Shown one piece after another: positions 1-12,299 of a stretch of DNA of 45,196 bases. Made by a program: the position numbers and the translations under genes. The first letter of the stretch is position 1; each line of letters opens with the position of its first letter. The notes under the pieces were generated by a model. That model did not search any database and was not told where the DNA came from. It worked only from the letters and a program-made list of their open reading frames with translations. The DNA comes from Nemertoderma westbladi (taxonomy: Eukaryota > Animalia > Xenacoelomorpha), in the NCBI GenBank assembly GCA_032718475.1, contig JAUCBJ010007902.1, positions 1-45,196 on the forward strand. The letters run 5' to 3'.

Positions 1-277
1 GCGGTAAAGGAAGTGATTTCCTCGCGTTGGAACTATTTAACGGAGAATTAAACTATTGGTACGATACCGGGTCCGGGAAAAAGGTTATTATTTCTAAAGC
101 TCGGAGCGGCACCGGATTGGACGACAACCAATGGCATGACGTCATTATTACTCGGGATAAAAGTCTTCTAAATCAGCTGATCGTAGATGGAGAGACGGAA
201 GTGCGACAAGATGAAAGATCTATTAGTGGAAAAGATTTGAATCTTAGAGGGAGTGTTTATATCGGCGGAGTTTCATA
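1..277 (+). CDS. NRXN: Alpha-neurexin-like gene, coding exon (LNS/laminin G domain 5; 5' part outside window)
   Basis: Frame 3 reads GKGSDFLALELFNGELNYWYDTGSG...LDDNQWHDVIITRD...DLNLRGSVYIGGVS, matching the neurexin LNS5 pattern (DFIxxEL..G.L.Y.FDLG.G...LNDNQWH.V.I.RD...L.L...LYIGGV). Ends at a canonical donor TA|GTAAGT (GT at 278-279), phase 2. Confidence 0.9.
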
Positions 278-291
278 GTAAGTTTATACGT

Positions 292-3200
292 ATAGCCTGT
301 TGGTTTAATTTCGGTCGGCCTACAATAGTCTGTTGGTTTAATGTCGGTCTGCCTTCAATAGTCTGTTGGTTTAATGTCGGTCTGCCTTCAATAGTCTGTT
401 GGTTTAATGTCGGTCTGCCTTCAATAGTCTGTTGGTTTAATGTCGGTCTGCCTTCAATAGTCTGTTGGTTTAATGTCGGTCTGCCTTCAATAGTCTGTTG
501 GTTTAATGTCGGTCTGCCTTCAATAGTCTGTTGGTTTAATGTCGGTCTGCCTTCAATAGTCTGTTGGTTTAATGTCGGTCTGCCTTCAATAGTCTGTTGG
601 TTTAATGTCGGTCTGCCTTCAATAGTCTGTTGGTTTAATGTCGGTCTGCCTTCAATAGTCTGTTGGTTTAATGTCGGTCTGCCTTCAATAGTCTGTTGGT
701 TTAATGTCGGTCTGCCTTCAATAGTCTGTTGGTTTAATGTCGGTCTGCCTTCAATAGTCTGTTGGTTTAATGTCGGTCTGCCTTCAATAGTCTGTTGGTT
801 TAATGTCGGTCTGCCTTCAATAGTCTGTTGGTTTAATGTCGGTCTGCCTTCAATAGTCTGTTGGTTTAATGTCGGTCTGCCTTCAATAGTCTGTTGGTTT
901 AATGTCGGTCTGCCTACAATAGTCTGTTGGTTTAATGTCGGTCTGCCTTCAATAGTCTGTTGGTTTAATGTCGGTCTGCCTTCAATAGTCTGTTGGTTTA
1001 ATGTCGGTCGGCCTTCAATAGTCTGTTGGTTTAATGTCGGTCTGCCTACAATAGTCTGTTGGTTTAATGTAGGTCGGCCTACAATAGCCTCTTGGTTTAA
1101 TGTAGGTCGGCCTACAATAGTCTGTTGCTATAATGTAAGTCGGCCTACAATAGTCTGTTGGTTTAATGTCGGTCTGCCTACAATAGTCTGTTGGTTTAAT
1201 GTCGGTCTGCCTTCAATAGTCTGTTGGTTTAATGTCGGTCTGCCTACAATAGTCTGTTGGTTTAATGTCGGTCTGCCTACAATAGTCTGTTGGTTTAATG
1301 TAGGTCGGCCTACAATAGCCTCTTGGTTTAATGTAGGTCGGCCTACAATAGGCTGTTGGTTTAATGTAAGTCGGCCTACAATAGTCTGTTGGTTTAATGT
1401 CGGTCTGCCTACAATAGTCTGTTGGTTTAATGTCGGTCTGCCTACAATAGTCTGTTGGTTTAATGTCGGTCTGCCTACAATAGTCTGTTGGTTTAATGTA
1501 AGTCGGCCTACAATAGTCTGTTGGTTTAATGTCGGTCTGCCTACAATAGTCTGTTGGTTTAATGTCGGTCTGCCTACAATAGTCTGTTGGTTTAATGTCG
1601 GTCTGCCTACAATAGTCTGTTGGTTTAATGTAGGTCGGCCTACAATAGTCTGTTGGTTTAATGTCGGTCTGCCTACAATAGTCTGTTGGTTTAATGTAGG
1701 TCGGCCTACAATAGTCTGTTGGTTTAATGTCGGTCTGCCTACAATAGTCTGTTGGTTTAATGTCGGTCTGCCTTCAATAGTCTGTTGGTTTAATGTAGGT
1801 CGGCCTACAATAGTCTGTTGGTTTAATGTCGGTCTGCCTACAATAGTCTGTTGGTTTAATGTCGGTCTGCCTACAATAGTCTGTTGGTTTAATGTCGGTC
1901 TGCCTACAATAGTCTGTTGGTTTAATGTCGGTCTGCCTACAATAGTCTGTTGGTTTAATGTCGGTCTGCCTACAATAGTCTGTTGGTTTAATGTAGGTCG
2001 GCCTACAATAGTCTGTTCGTTTAATGTCGGTCTGCCTTCAATAGTCTGTTGGTTTAATGTCGGTCTGCCTACAATAGTCTGTTCGTTTAATGTCGGTCTG
2101 CCTACAATAGTCTGTTGGTTTAATGTCGGTCTGCCTACAATAGTCTGTTGGTTTAATGTCGGTCTGCCTACAATAGTCTGTTGGTTTAATGTCGGTCTGC
2201 CTACAATAGTCTGTTGGTTTAATGTCGGTCTGCCTTCAATAGTCTGTTGGTTTAATGTCGGTCTGCCTACAATAGTCTGTTGGTTTAATGTAGGTCGGCC
2301 TACAATAGCCTCTTGGTTTAATGTAGGTCGGCCTACAATAGTCTGTTGGTTTAATGTCGGTCTGCCTACAATAGTCTGTTGGTTTAATGTAGGTCGGCCT
2401 ACAATAGTCTGTTGGTTTAATGTCGGTCTGCCTACAATAGTCTGTTGGTTTAATGTCGGTCTGCCTACAATAGTCTGTTGGTTTAATGTCGGTCTGCCTA
2501 CAATAGTCTGTTGGTTTAATGTCGGTCTGCCTTCAATAGTCTGTTGGTTTAATGTCGGTCTGCCTACAATAGTCTGTTGGTTTAATGTAGGTCGGCCTAC
2601 AATAGCCTCTTGGTTTAATGTAGGTCGGCCTACAATAGTCTGTTGCTATAATGTAAGTCGGCCTACAATAGTCTGTTAGTTTAATGTCGGTCTGCCTACA
2701 ATAGTCAGTTGGTTTAATGTCGGTCTGCCTTCAATAGTCTGTTGGTTTAATGTCGGTCTGCCTACAATAGTCTGTTGGTTTAATGTAGGTCGGCCTACAA
2801 TAGTCTGTTGGTTTAATGTCGGTTTGCCTACAATAGTCTGTTGGTTTAATGTAAGTCTGCCTTCAATAGTCTGTTGGTTTAATGTAGGTCGGCCTACAAT
2901 AGTCTGTTGGTTTAATGTCGGTCTGCCTACAATAGTCTGTTGGTTTAATGTAGGTCGGCCTACAATAGCCTCTTGGTTTAATGTAGGTCGGCCTACAATA
3001 GTCTGTTGCTATAATGTAAGTCGGCCTACAATAGTCTGTTAGTTTAATGTCGGTCTGCCTACAATAGTCAGTTGGTTTAATGTCGGTCTGCCTACAATAG
3101 TCTGTTGGTTTAATGTCGGTCTGCCTACAATAGTCTGTTGGTTTAATGTAGGTCGGCCTACAATAGCCTCTTGGTTTAATGTAGGTCGGCCTACAATAGC

Positions 3201-6200
3201 CTCTTGGTTTAATGTAGGTCGGCCTACAATAGTCTGTTGCTATAATGTAAGTCGGCCTACAATAGTCTGTTAGTTTAATGTCGGTCTGCCTACAATAGTC
3301 AGTTGGTTTAATGTCGGTCTGCCTACAATAGTCTGTTGGTTTAATGTAGGTCGGCCTACAATAGGCTGTTGGTTTAATGTCGGTCTGCCTTCAATAGTCT
3401 GTTGGTTTAATGTCGGTCTGCCTACAATAGCCTGTTGGTTTAATTTCGGTCTGCCTACAATAGTCTGTTGGTTTAATGTCGGTCTGCCTTCAATAGTCTG
3501 TTGGTTTAATGTCGGTCTGCCTACAATAGTCTGTTGGTTTAATGTCGGTCTGCCTACAATAGTCTGTTGGTTTAATGTCGGTCTGCCTACAATAGTCTGT
3601 TGGTTTAATGTAGGTCGGCCTACAATAGTCTGTTGCTATAATGTAAGTCGGCCTACAATAGTCAGTTGGTTTAATGTCGGTCTGCCTACAATAGTCTGTT
3701 GGTTTAATGTCGGTCTGCCTACAATAGTCTGTTGGTTTAATGTCGGTCTGCCTACAATAGTCTGTTGGTTTAATGTAGGTCGGCCTACAATAGCCTCTTG
3801 GTTTAATGTAGGTCGGCCTACAATAGTCTGTTGCTATAATGTAAGTCGGCCTACAATAGTCTGTTAGTTTAATGTCGGTCTGCCTACAATAGTCAGTTGG
3901 TTTAATGTCGGTCTGCCTACAATAGTCTGTTGGTTTAATGTCGGTCTGCCTACAATAGTCTGTTGGTTTAATGTCGGTCTGCCTACAATAGTCTGTTGGT
4001 TTAATGTAGGTCGGCCTACAATAGCCTCTTGGTTTAATGTAGGTCGGCCTACAATAGTCTGTTGCTATAATGTAAGTCGGCCTACAATAGTCTGTTAGTT
4101 TAATGTCGGTCTGCCTACAATAGTCAGTTGGTTTAATGTCGGTCTGCCTTCAATAGTCTGTTGGTTTAATTTTTGGTCTGCCTACAATAGTCTGTTGGTT
4201 TAATGTAGGTCGGCCTACAATAGTCTGTTGGTTTAATGTCGGTCTGCCTACAATAGTCTGTTGGTTTAATGTAGGTCGGCCTACAATAGCCTCTTGGTTT
4301 AATGTAGGTCGGCCTACAATAGTCTGTTGCTATAATGTAAGTCGGCCTACAATAGTCTGTTAGTTTAATGTCGGTCTGCCTACAATAGTCAGTTGGTTTA
4401 ATGTCGGTCTGCCTTCAATAGTCTGTTGGTTTAATGTAGGTCTGCCTACAATAGTCTGTTGGTTTAATGTAGGTCGGCCTACAATAGTCTGTTGGTTTAA
4501 TGTAGGCCGGCCTACAATAGTCTGTTGGTTTAATGTAGGTCGGCCTACAATAGTCTGTTGGTTTAATGTCGGTTTGCCTACAATAGTCTGTTGGTTTAAT
4601 GTAAGTCTGCCTTCAATAGTCTGTTGGTTTAATGTAGGTCGGCCTACAATAGTCTGTTGGTTTAATGCAGGTCTGCCTTCAATAGTCTGTTGGTTTAATG
4701 TCGGTCTGCCTACAATAGTCTGTTGGTTTAATGTCGGTCTGCCTTCAATAGTCTGTTGGTTTAATGTCGGTCTGCCTACAATAGCCTGTTGGTTTAATTT
4801 CGGTCTGCCTACAATAGCCTGTTGGTTTAATTTCGGTCTGCCTACAATAGCCTGTTGGTTTAATGTCGGTCTGCCTTCAATTGTCTGTTGGTTTAATGTA
4901 GGTCGGCCTACAATAGTCTATTGGTTTAATGTAGGCCGGCTTACAAAAGTCTGTTGGTTTAATGTCGGTCTGCCTACAATAGTCTGTTGGTTTAATGTCG
5001 GTCGGCCTACAATAGTCAGTTGGTTTAATGCAGGTTGGCCTACAATAGCCTGTGGGTTTAATGTAGGTCGGCCTACAATTAATAGTCTGTTGGTTTAATG
5101 TAGGGCGGCCTACAATAGCCTCTTGGTTTAATGTAGGTCGGCCTACAATAGTCTGTTGGTTTAATGTAGGTCGGCCTACAATAGTCTGTTGCTATAATGT
5201 AAGTCGGCCTACAATAGTCTGTTAGTTTAATGTCGGTCTGCCTACAATAGGCTGTTGGTTTAATGTCGGTCTGCCTTCAATAGTCTGTTGGTTTAATGTA
5301 GGTCGGCCTACAATAGTCTGTCGGTTTAATGTCGGTCTGCCTACAATAGTCTGTTGGTTTAATTTCGGTCTGCCTACAATAGCCTGTTGGTTTAATGTCG
5401 GTCTGCCTTCAATAGTCTGTTGGTTTAATGTCGGTCTGCCTTCAATAGTCTGTTGGTTTAATGTAGGTCGGCCTTCAATAGTCTGTTGGTTTAATGTAGG
5501 TCGGCCTACAATAGTCTGTCGGTTTAATGTCGGTCTGCCTACAATAGCCTGTTGGTTTAATTTCGGTCTGCCTACAATAGCCTGTTGGTTTAATGTCGGT
5601 CTGCCTTCAATAGTCTGTTGGTTTAATGTCGGTCTGCCTACAATAGTCTGTAGGTTTAATGTAGGTCGGCCTACAATAGTCTGTCGGTTTAATGTAGGTC
5701 GGCCTTCAATTGTCTGTTGGTTTAATGTAGGTCGGCCTACAATAGTCTATTGGTTTAATGTAGGTCGGCCTACAATAGTCTGTCGGTTTAATGTCGGTCT
5801 GCCTACAATAGCCTGTTGGTTTAATTTCGGTCTGCCTACAATAGCCTGTTGGTTTAATTTCGGTCTGCTTACAAAAGTCTGTTGGTTTAATGTCGGTCTG
5901 CCTACAATAGTCTGTTGGTTTAATGTCGGTCGGCCTACAATAGTCAGTTGGTTTAATGCAGGTTGGCCTACAATAGCCTGTGGGTTTAATGTAGGTCGGC
6001 CTACAATTAATAGTCTGTTGGTTTAATGTAGGGCGGCCTACAATAGTCTGTTGGTTTATTGTAAGTCGGCCTACAATAGTCTGTTGGTTTAATGTAGGCC
6101 GGCCCACAATAGTCTGTTGGTTTAATGTCGGTCTGCCTACAATAGCCTGTTGGTTTAGTGTAGGTCGGCCTACAATAATCTGTTGGTTTAATGTAGGTCG

Positions 6201-7484
6201 GCCTACAATAGTCTGTTGGTTTAATGTAGGTCGGCCTACAATAGTCTGTTGGTTTAATGCAGGTCGGCCTACAATAGCCTGTTGGTTTAATGTAGGTCGG
6301 CCTACAATAGTCTGTTGGTTTAATGTAGGTCGGCCTACAATATTATGTTGGTTTAATGTAGGTCGGCCTACAATAGCCTCTTGGTTTAATGTAGGTCGGC
6401 CTACAATAGTCTGTTGGTTTAATGTAGGTCGGCCTACAATAGTCTGTTGCTATAATGTAAGTCGGCCTACAATAGTTTGTTAGTTTAATGTCGGTCTGCC
6501 TACAATAGCCTGTTGGTTTAATGTCGGTCTGCCTTCAATAGTCTGTTGGTTTAATGTAGGTCGGCCTACAATAGTCTGTTGGTTTAATGTCGGTCTGCCT
6601 ACAATAGTCTGTTGGTTTAATGTAGGTCTGCCTACAATAGTCTGTTGGTTTAATGTCGGTCTGCCTACAATAGTCTGTTGGTTTAATGTAGGTCGGCCTA
6701 CAATAGTCTGTTGGTTTAATGTAGGTCGGCCTACAATATTATGTTGGTTTAATGTAGGTCGGCCTACAATAGCCTCTTGGTTTAATGTAGGTCGGCCTAC
6801 AATAGTCTGTTGGTTTAATGTAGGTCGGCCTACAATAGTCTGTTGCTATAATGTAAGTCGGCCTACAATAGTTTGTTAGTTTAATGTCGGTCTGCCTACA
6901 ATAGCCTGTTGGTTTAATGTCTGTCTGCCTTCAATAGTCTGTTGGTTTAATGTAGGTCTGCCTACAATAGTCAGTTGGTTTAATGTCGGTCTGCCTTCAA
7001 TAGTCTGTTGGTTTAATGTCGGTCTGCCTTCAATAGTCTGTTGGTTTAATGTCGGTCTGCCTACAATAGTCTGTTGGTTTAATGTCGGTCTGCCTACAAT
7101 AGTCTGTTGGTTTAATGTAGGTCTGCCTACAATAGTCTGTTGGTTTAATGTCGGTCTGCCTTCAATAGTCTGTTGGTTTAATGTCGGTCTGCCTACAATA
7201 GTCTGTTGGTTTAATGTCGGTCTGCCTTCAATAGCCTGTTGGTTTAATGTCGGTCTGCCTTCAATAGTCTGTTGGTTTAATGTAGGTCGGCCTACAATAG
7301 TCAGTTGGTTTAATGTCGGTCTGCCTTCAATAGTCTGTTGGTTTAATGTCGGTCTGCCTTCAATAGTCTGTTGGTTTAATGTCGGTCGGCCTTCAATAGT
7401 CTGTTGGTTTAATGTAAGTCGGCTTACAAAAGTCTGTTGGTTTAATGTCGTTCTGCCTACAATAGCCTGTTGGTTTATTGTAAG
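292..7484. repeat. 33-bp tandem satellite (~218 units), consensus GTCTGTTGGTTTAATGTCGGTCTGCCTACAATA, in neurexin intron
   Basis: Direct inspection; the 11-aa periodicity (WFNVGLPSIVC) of the spurious ORFs corresponds to 33 bp. Variant units contain the inverted repeat TGTAGG-TCGG-CCTACA. Confidence 0.97.
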
Positions 7485-8022
7485 ACTGGGGTAATTTTAG
7501 GCATTTGAAACACTTCAGGATAAAATCCATTCAATATTGATAATCCAATAGGGAATATTGATAATTCCAATAAACTGGAAATTCATCTAAATTTGATTCA
7601 TTTTTATAAATATCGAAGTAAATGATTTCTGTACAATAGAATTATATTGCTGAAAATTATTTATACTTAGTATTGTTTTGAAACATCGAATCGGTTTTGC
7701 TACCGGTACTTGATTTTAGTTATGTCTAGCCAGTTTAGGTCCAATCAATTGTTGTTGTTTTTTACCGTTACTTTTATTTTTCTCGAATAATAGCTCGAAG
7801 TAATGTTTCTCAGCTTGCCTAAAGGCCCGATATCTTGAAAAGTAACTGGGGAAAAACTAGAAAATGATTACGTATTTAACGTATAAGATTTCAGATGAAA
7901 TTCAACAATTTAAGTTGGCACTTCTTTGTTAGAACTACAATTCCGAGTACTTAAGAAGTGGTTGAAAGAATAGGAACTGAAGTATTCGTTGAAAGAAAGG
8001 GTTGACAATATCGACCAGTTCA

Positions 8023-8293
8023 CTTAGGGTTGCCCCTTAGACAACCGGCTCCCTTAGGGTTGCTCCTTAGACAACCGGCTCCCTTAGGGTTGCTCCTTAG
8101 ACAACCAGCTCCCTTAGGGTTGCTCCTTAAACAACCGGCTCCCTTAGGGTTGCACCTTAGACAACCGGCTCCCTTAGGGTTGCTCCTTAAACAACCGGCT
8201 CCCTTAGGGTTGCACCTTAGACAACCGGCTCCCTTAGGGTTGCTCCTTAAACAACCGGCTCCCTTAGGGTTGCCCCTTAGACAACCGGCTCCC
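8023..8293. repeat. 30-bp minisatellite (~9 units) CTTAGGGTTGCTCCTTAGACAACCGGCTCC
   Basis: Two units per 60-nt line over 8041-8290; each unit has one TTAGGG and a GGTTG...CAACC inverted repeat. Confidence 0.93.
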
Positions 8294-9261
8294 GGCTCTA
8301 ACTTTTTTTTATTTCATCTGCTCACAACTGGTTGTGTTACCGGTATGGTGGGTGTACAGGTTTCCGAGTGGATCAAGCATATCATTTCCCGAATATAATG
8401 TGTATTTAAAGTTCTTCATTATTATGCAAAGACTGTCTAAATATCGTTTAAATCTGGACCACACCTTTTAGAATAGAGTGCCGTTGAGAATGGTTGATGA
8501 GGTATTTGGGTTGTAGATTAAATCTTGCGGGTTAATTCGATAGATACAATGTCCAAATGAATATACTTCTTTTTTTAGAGTCTATTCTAAGAGATAATAT
8601 TGTCAGAATACATTAAAACATATCACGTCCGATTTAATGACGACATGACTGATTTGTTAAGCTTTTTCGTTCACAAACAATTTTACAATTTTTTGTTTTC
8701 TAAGATTGTTTGGAGTTGATATGAAGTTTAGTTTCAGTTAAATAAATTTGCTGTAAGAACTTAATATTCGGAATGGTATATGGGAATGCGGCGGAGGTGT
8801 GATAATGTCGCCTTTCCTTTCACGAATGGAAAATTGATTAAAACTTGAGAAGGGCAGGTTCTCAAACAAGCCTTTGTTAAATCAATCTATATTTGTCATT
8901 AGTGGCAGATATGTTACAGCCTGCTTTATTATTAGAAACTCTTATTGGTTTATCTATAATTTAAATGCTATTACTTCATTTTAAATAGATTGCCTATTAT
9001 ATTTTTTGCGTGAAATGAAATTCACTACCAGTTATATTAATGGGGAGGAAATCTTTCTGTCTCAGACGCACTGGAGGAAGTAAGGCAGTAGCCAGTTCGC
9101 CCACTCGTGGGTTGCACTGACTTATTGAACAATAGAACAGTGCTTTTCATATTTCTAAACAAATGCTCCAAAGCATAGTTAAGTTAAGGTATTTCTTGCA
9201 ATTTATTTAAAATACAAAGTCCATTATTGATAATAATTATTATTATATATATGTATGCAAT

Positions 9262-10435
9262 TAGGGCGCGGACAATTTCGGTTCCCATACCGCTTAATAA
9301 ATGGCACCGAATTGTTCGTGACCTAATTGTCCGAACCGAATTGTCCGAACCGAATTGCCCGAAACGAATTGTCTGAAACGAATTGTCCGAACCGAATTGT
9401 CCGAACCGAATTGTCCGCACCGAATTGTCCGTACCGAGTTGTCCGAACCGATTTGTCCGAACCGAATTGTCCGAACCGAATTGTCCGAACCGAATTGTCC
9501 GAACCGAATTGTCCGAACCGAATTGTCCGAATCGAATTGTCCGAACCGAATTGTCCGAACCGAATTGTCCGCACCGAATTGTCTGTACCGAGTTGTCTGA
9601 ACCGAATTGTCCGAATCGAATTGTCCGAACCGAATTGTCCGAACCGAATTGTCCGAACCGAATTGGCCGAACCGAATTGTCCGAACCGAATTGTCCGAAC
9701 CGAATTGTCCGAACATTATTGTCCGAACCGAATTGTCCGAACCGAATTGTCCGAACATTATTGGCCGAACCAAATTGTCCGCACCGAATTGTCCGCACCG
9801 AATTGTACGAACCGAATTGTCCGAAAATTATTGTCCGAACCGAATTGCCGAACCGAATTGTCCGAACATTATTGTGCGAACCAAATTGTCAGAACCGAAA
9901 TGTCCGAACATTATTGTCCGAACCGAATTGTCCGAACCAAATTGTCCGAACCGAATTGTCCGAACATTATTGTTCGAACCGAATTGTCCGAACCGAATTG
10001 TCCGAACATTATTGTCCGAACCGAATTGTCCGCACCGAATTCTCCGCACCGAATTGTCTGCACCGAATTGTCCGAACCGAATTGTCCGAAACGAATTGCC
10101 CGAACCAAATTGTCCGAACCGAATTGTCCGAACATTATTGTCCGAACCGAATTGTCCGAACCGAATTCTCCGCACCGAATTGTCTGCACCGAATTGTCCG
10201 AACCAAATTGTCCGAAACGAATTGTCCGAACCAAATTGTCCGAACCGAATTGTCCGAACATTATTGTCTGAACCGAATTGTCTGAACCGAATTGTCCGAA
10301 CATTATTGTCCGAACCGAATTGTCCGAACCGAATTGTCCGAACATTATTGTCCGAACCAAATTGTCCGCACCGAATTGTCCGCACCGAATTGTCCGAACC
10401 GAATTGTCCGAAAATTATTGTCCGAACCGAATACT
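9262..10435. repeat. 14-bp tandem array (ACCGAATTGTCCGA) preceded by one inverted unit; probable non-autonomous DNA transposon (MITE-like) with expanded subterminal repeats
   Basis: Array spans ~9308-10431; inverted unit CGGACAATTTCGGTT at 9269-9283. The 14-aa ORF periodicity equals 3 x 14 bp. The transposon origin is inference. Confidence 0.8.
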
Positions 10436-10451
10436 CAACTCAAACATTATG

Positions 10452-11226
10452 CTGATCCTAATGATCCTACTGATCCTAATGATCCTACTGATCCTAATGA
10501 TCCTAATTATCCTACTGATCCTACTGATCCTACTGATCCTAATGATCCTAATGATCCTACTGATCCTACTGATCCTAATGATCCTACTGATCCTAATGAT
10601 CCTACTGATCTTACTGATCCTACTGATCCTAATTATCCTACTGATCGTAATGATCCTACTGATCCTAATGATCCTAATTATCCTACTGATCCTACTGATC
10701 CTACTGATCCTAATGATCCTAATTATCCTACTGATCGTAATGATCCTAATTATCCTACTGATCCTACTGATCCTAATGATCCTAATGATCCTAATTATCC
10801 TACTGATCCTAATGATCCTAATGATCCTACTGATCCTACTGATCCTAATGATCCTAATTATCCTACTGATCGTAATGATCCTAATTATCCTACTGATCCT
10901 ACTGATCCTAATGATCATAATGATCCTAATTATCCTACTGATCCTACTGATCCTAATTATCCTACTGATCCTACTGATCCTACTGATCCTAATGAAACTA
11001 CTGATCCTATTTATCCTACTGATCCTACTGATCCTACTGATCCTAATGATCCTAATGATCCTAATGATCCTAATGATCCTACTGATCCTAAAGATCCTAC
11101 TGATCCTAATTATCCTACTGATCCTACTGATCCTACTGATCCTAATGATCCTAATGATCCTAATGATCCTAATGATCCTACTGATCCTAATGAAACTACT
11201 GATCCTAATTATCCTACTGATCCTAC
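10452..11226. repeat. 9-bp tandem repeat (GATCCTAAT/GATCCTACT/TATCCTACT)
   Basis: Direct inspection; produces spurious DPN/DPT and Ile/Leu-rich ORFs. Confidence 0.95.
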
Positions 11227-11388
11227 AATTATTTAATCAGAATTTCTGAGTTCCTCTACCGCTAACCGCGTCTAATTTTGTATGAAATAAAATCATAACT
11301 TTTTATTTATATTAAATTGGTCTTGGTAAAATTAAATTTAATTGTTTTTGGTCAGCAATTTTATTATTTGTATTTTAATAATTTTTAG

Positions 11389-11540
11389 TGATTTGTTTGA
11401 GGAGGATTCGCTAGCTATCAAGGTTCAATCCCGGGTCGGGTTTCAAGGCTGTTTAAATTCCCTGGATTTAAACGGACAATCGCCGCGTCTACTCAGCGGT
11501 ACTACGAAACATCCAAATGAGATTATAGAAGGATGTGCAG
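11389..11540 (+). CDS. NRXN: Alpha-neurexin-like gene, next coding exon (C-terminal part of LNS5)
   Basis: Acceptor ttttTAG (AG 11387-88), donor G|GTTGGT (GT 11541-42). Joins in frame to the previous exon (TA+T = Tyr): GGVS-Y-DLFEEDSLAIKVQSRVGFQGCLNSLDLNGQSPRLL...IIEGCA-G, matching neurexin GFQGCLAS(V/L)DLNG..P.L...I.RGC.G. Confidence 0.9.
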
Positions 11541-11724
11541 GTTGGTATTACTATAATATACCACGACGTGATATTATATTAATATTAACAATAACCAACC
11601 TAATATTATAATGTAAATTAATAGATTACAGTATAATAATTAATTGGATGTGAACTGATGATGTGTGTTCTGTAGGAAGTTCACTTATGTTCATTACAAA
11701 TTATTTATGTTTGAATTTTAACAG

Positions 11725-11754
11725 GAAACCTGGATATTTCTAGACCCGGTAAAG
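11725..11754 (+). CDS. Candidate 30-nt phase-1/phase-1 micro-exon of the neurexin-like gene (GNLDISRPGK)
   Basis: T-rich acceptor ttttaaCAG (AG 11723-24) and donor AAG|GTATTT (GT 11755); alternative donor CCG|GTAAAG (GT 11749) gives 24 nt. Both are open and frame-preserving after the phase-1 exon ending at 11540. Confidence 0.45.
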
Positions 11755-12026
11755 GTATTTATCTACTTTTATTTCGGATTAATGATGTTAAGGATTTTTA
11801 AAGTTTGCGAAAGATTGTTTTTCTGGAGTTGGTATTTTTTATCCCTTTCTTTTTATTACTGCGGCTTGTCGGTTTTCGGTTTATCGGTTTGTCGGTTTAT
11901 AATTCCGATGGAATACTTTCAATATTTATTTAGCTTTAGCCAATTAATCAATAAGAAAAATCTAAATTAAATCTTTTTACTTCATGTGGGAGAAGAAAAC
12001 ACAGTTACAGTTTAGCGAAATTCAAC

Positions 12027-12298
12027 TATTCTGACTGAGTGGTTGAGTTTGGTTGAGTATTCTTACTGAGTGGTTGAGTTTGGTTGAGTATTCTGACTGA
12101 GTGGTTGAGTTTGGTTGAGTATTCTGATTGAGTGGTTGAGTTTGGTTGAGTATTCTGACTGAGTGGTTGAGTTTGGTTGAGTATTCTGACTGAGTGGTTG
12201 AGTTTGGTTGAGTATTCTGACTGAGTGGTTAAGTTTGGTTGAGTATTCTGACTGAGTGGTTGAGTTTGGTTGAGTATTCTGACTGAGTGGTTGAGTTT
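12027..12298. repeat. 31-bp satellite, left arm (TATTCTGACTGAGTGGTTGAGTTTGGTTGAG)
   Basis: Direct inspection; interrupted by the RTE insertion. Confidence 0.95.
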
Positions 12299-12299
12299 A

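Noticed and set aside
253-6107. Long repetitive ORFs (e.g. 808 aa WFNVGLPSIVC repeats)
   Set aside because: Stop-free frames of the 33-bp satellite, inside an intron whose flanking exons join in frame.
8023-8293. Interstitial telomeric repeat
   Set aside because: Only one TTAGGG per 30-bp unit, not tandem hexamers.
7485-9260. Decayed coding or TE remnant in unique intronic DNA
   Set aside because: Manual translation of the parts examined gave no convincing motif.
9184-11249. ORFs with EPNCPN, DPN/DPT (circumsporozoite-like) and poly-Ile/Leu repeats
   Set aside because: Open in several frames and on both strands because of the 14-bp and 9-bp repeats.
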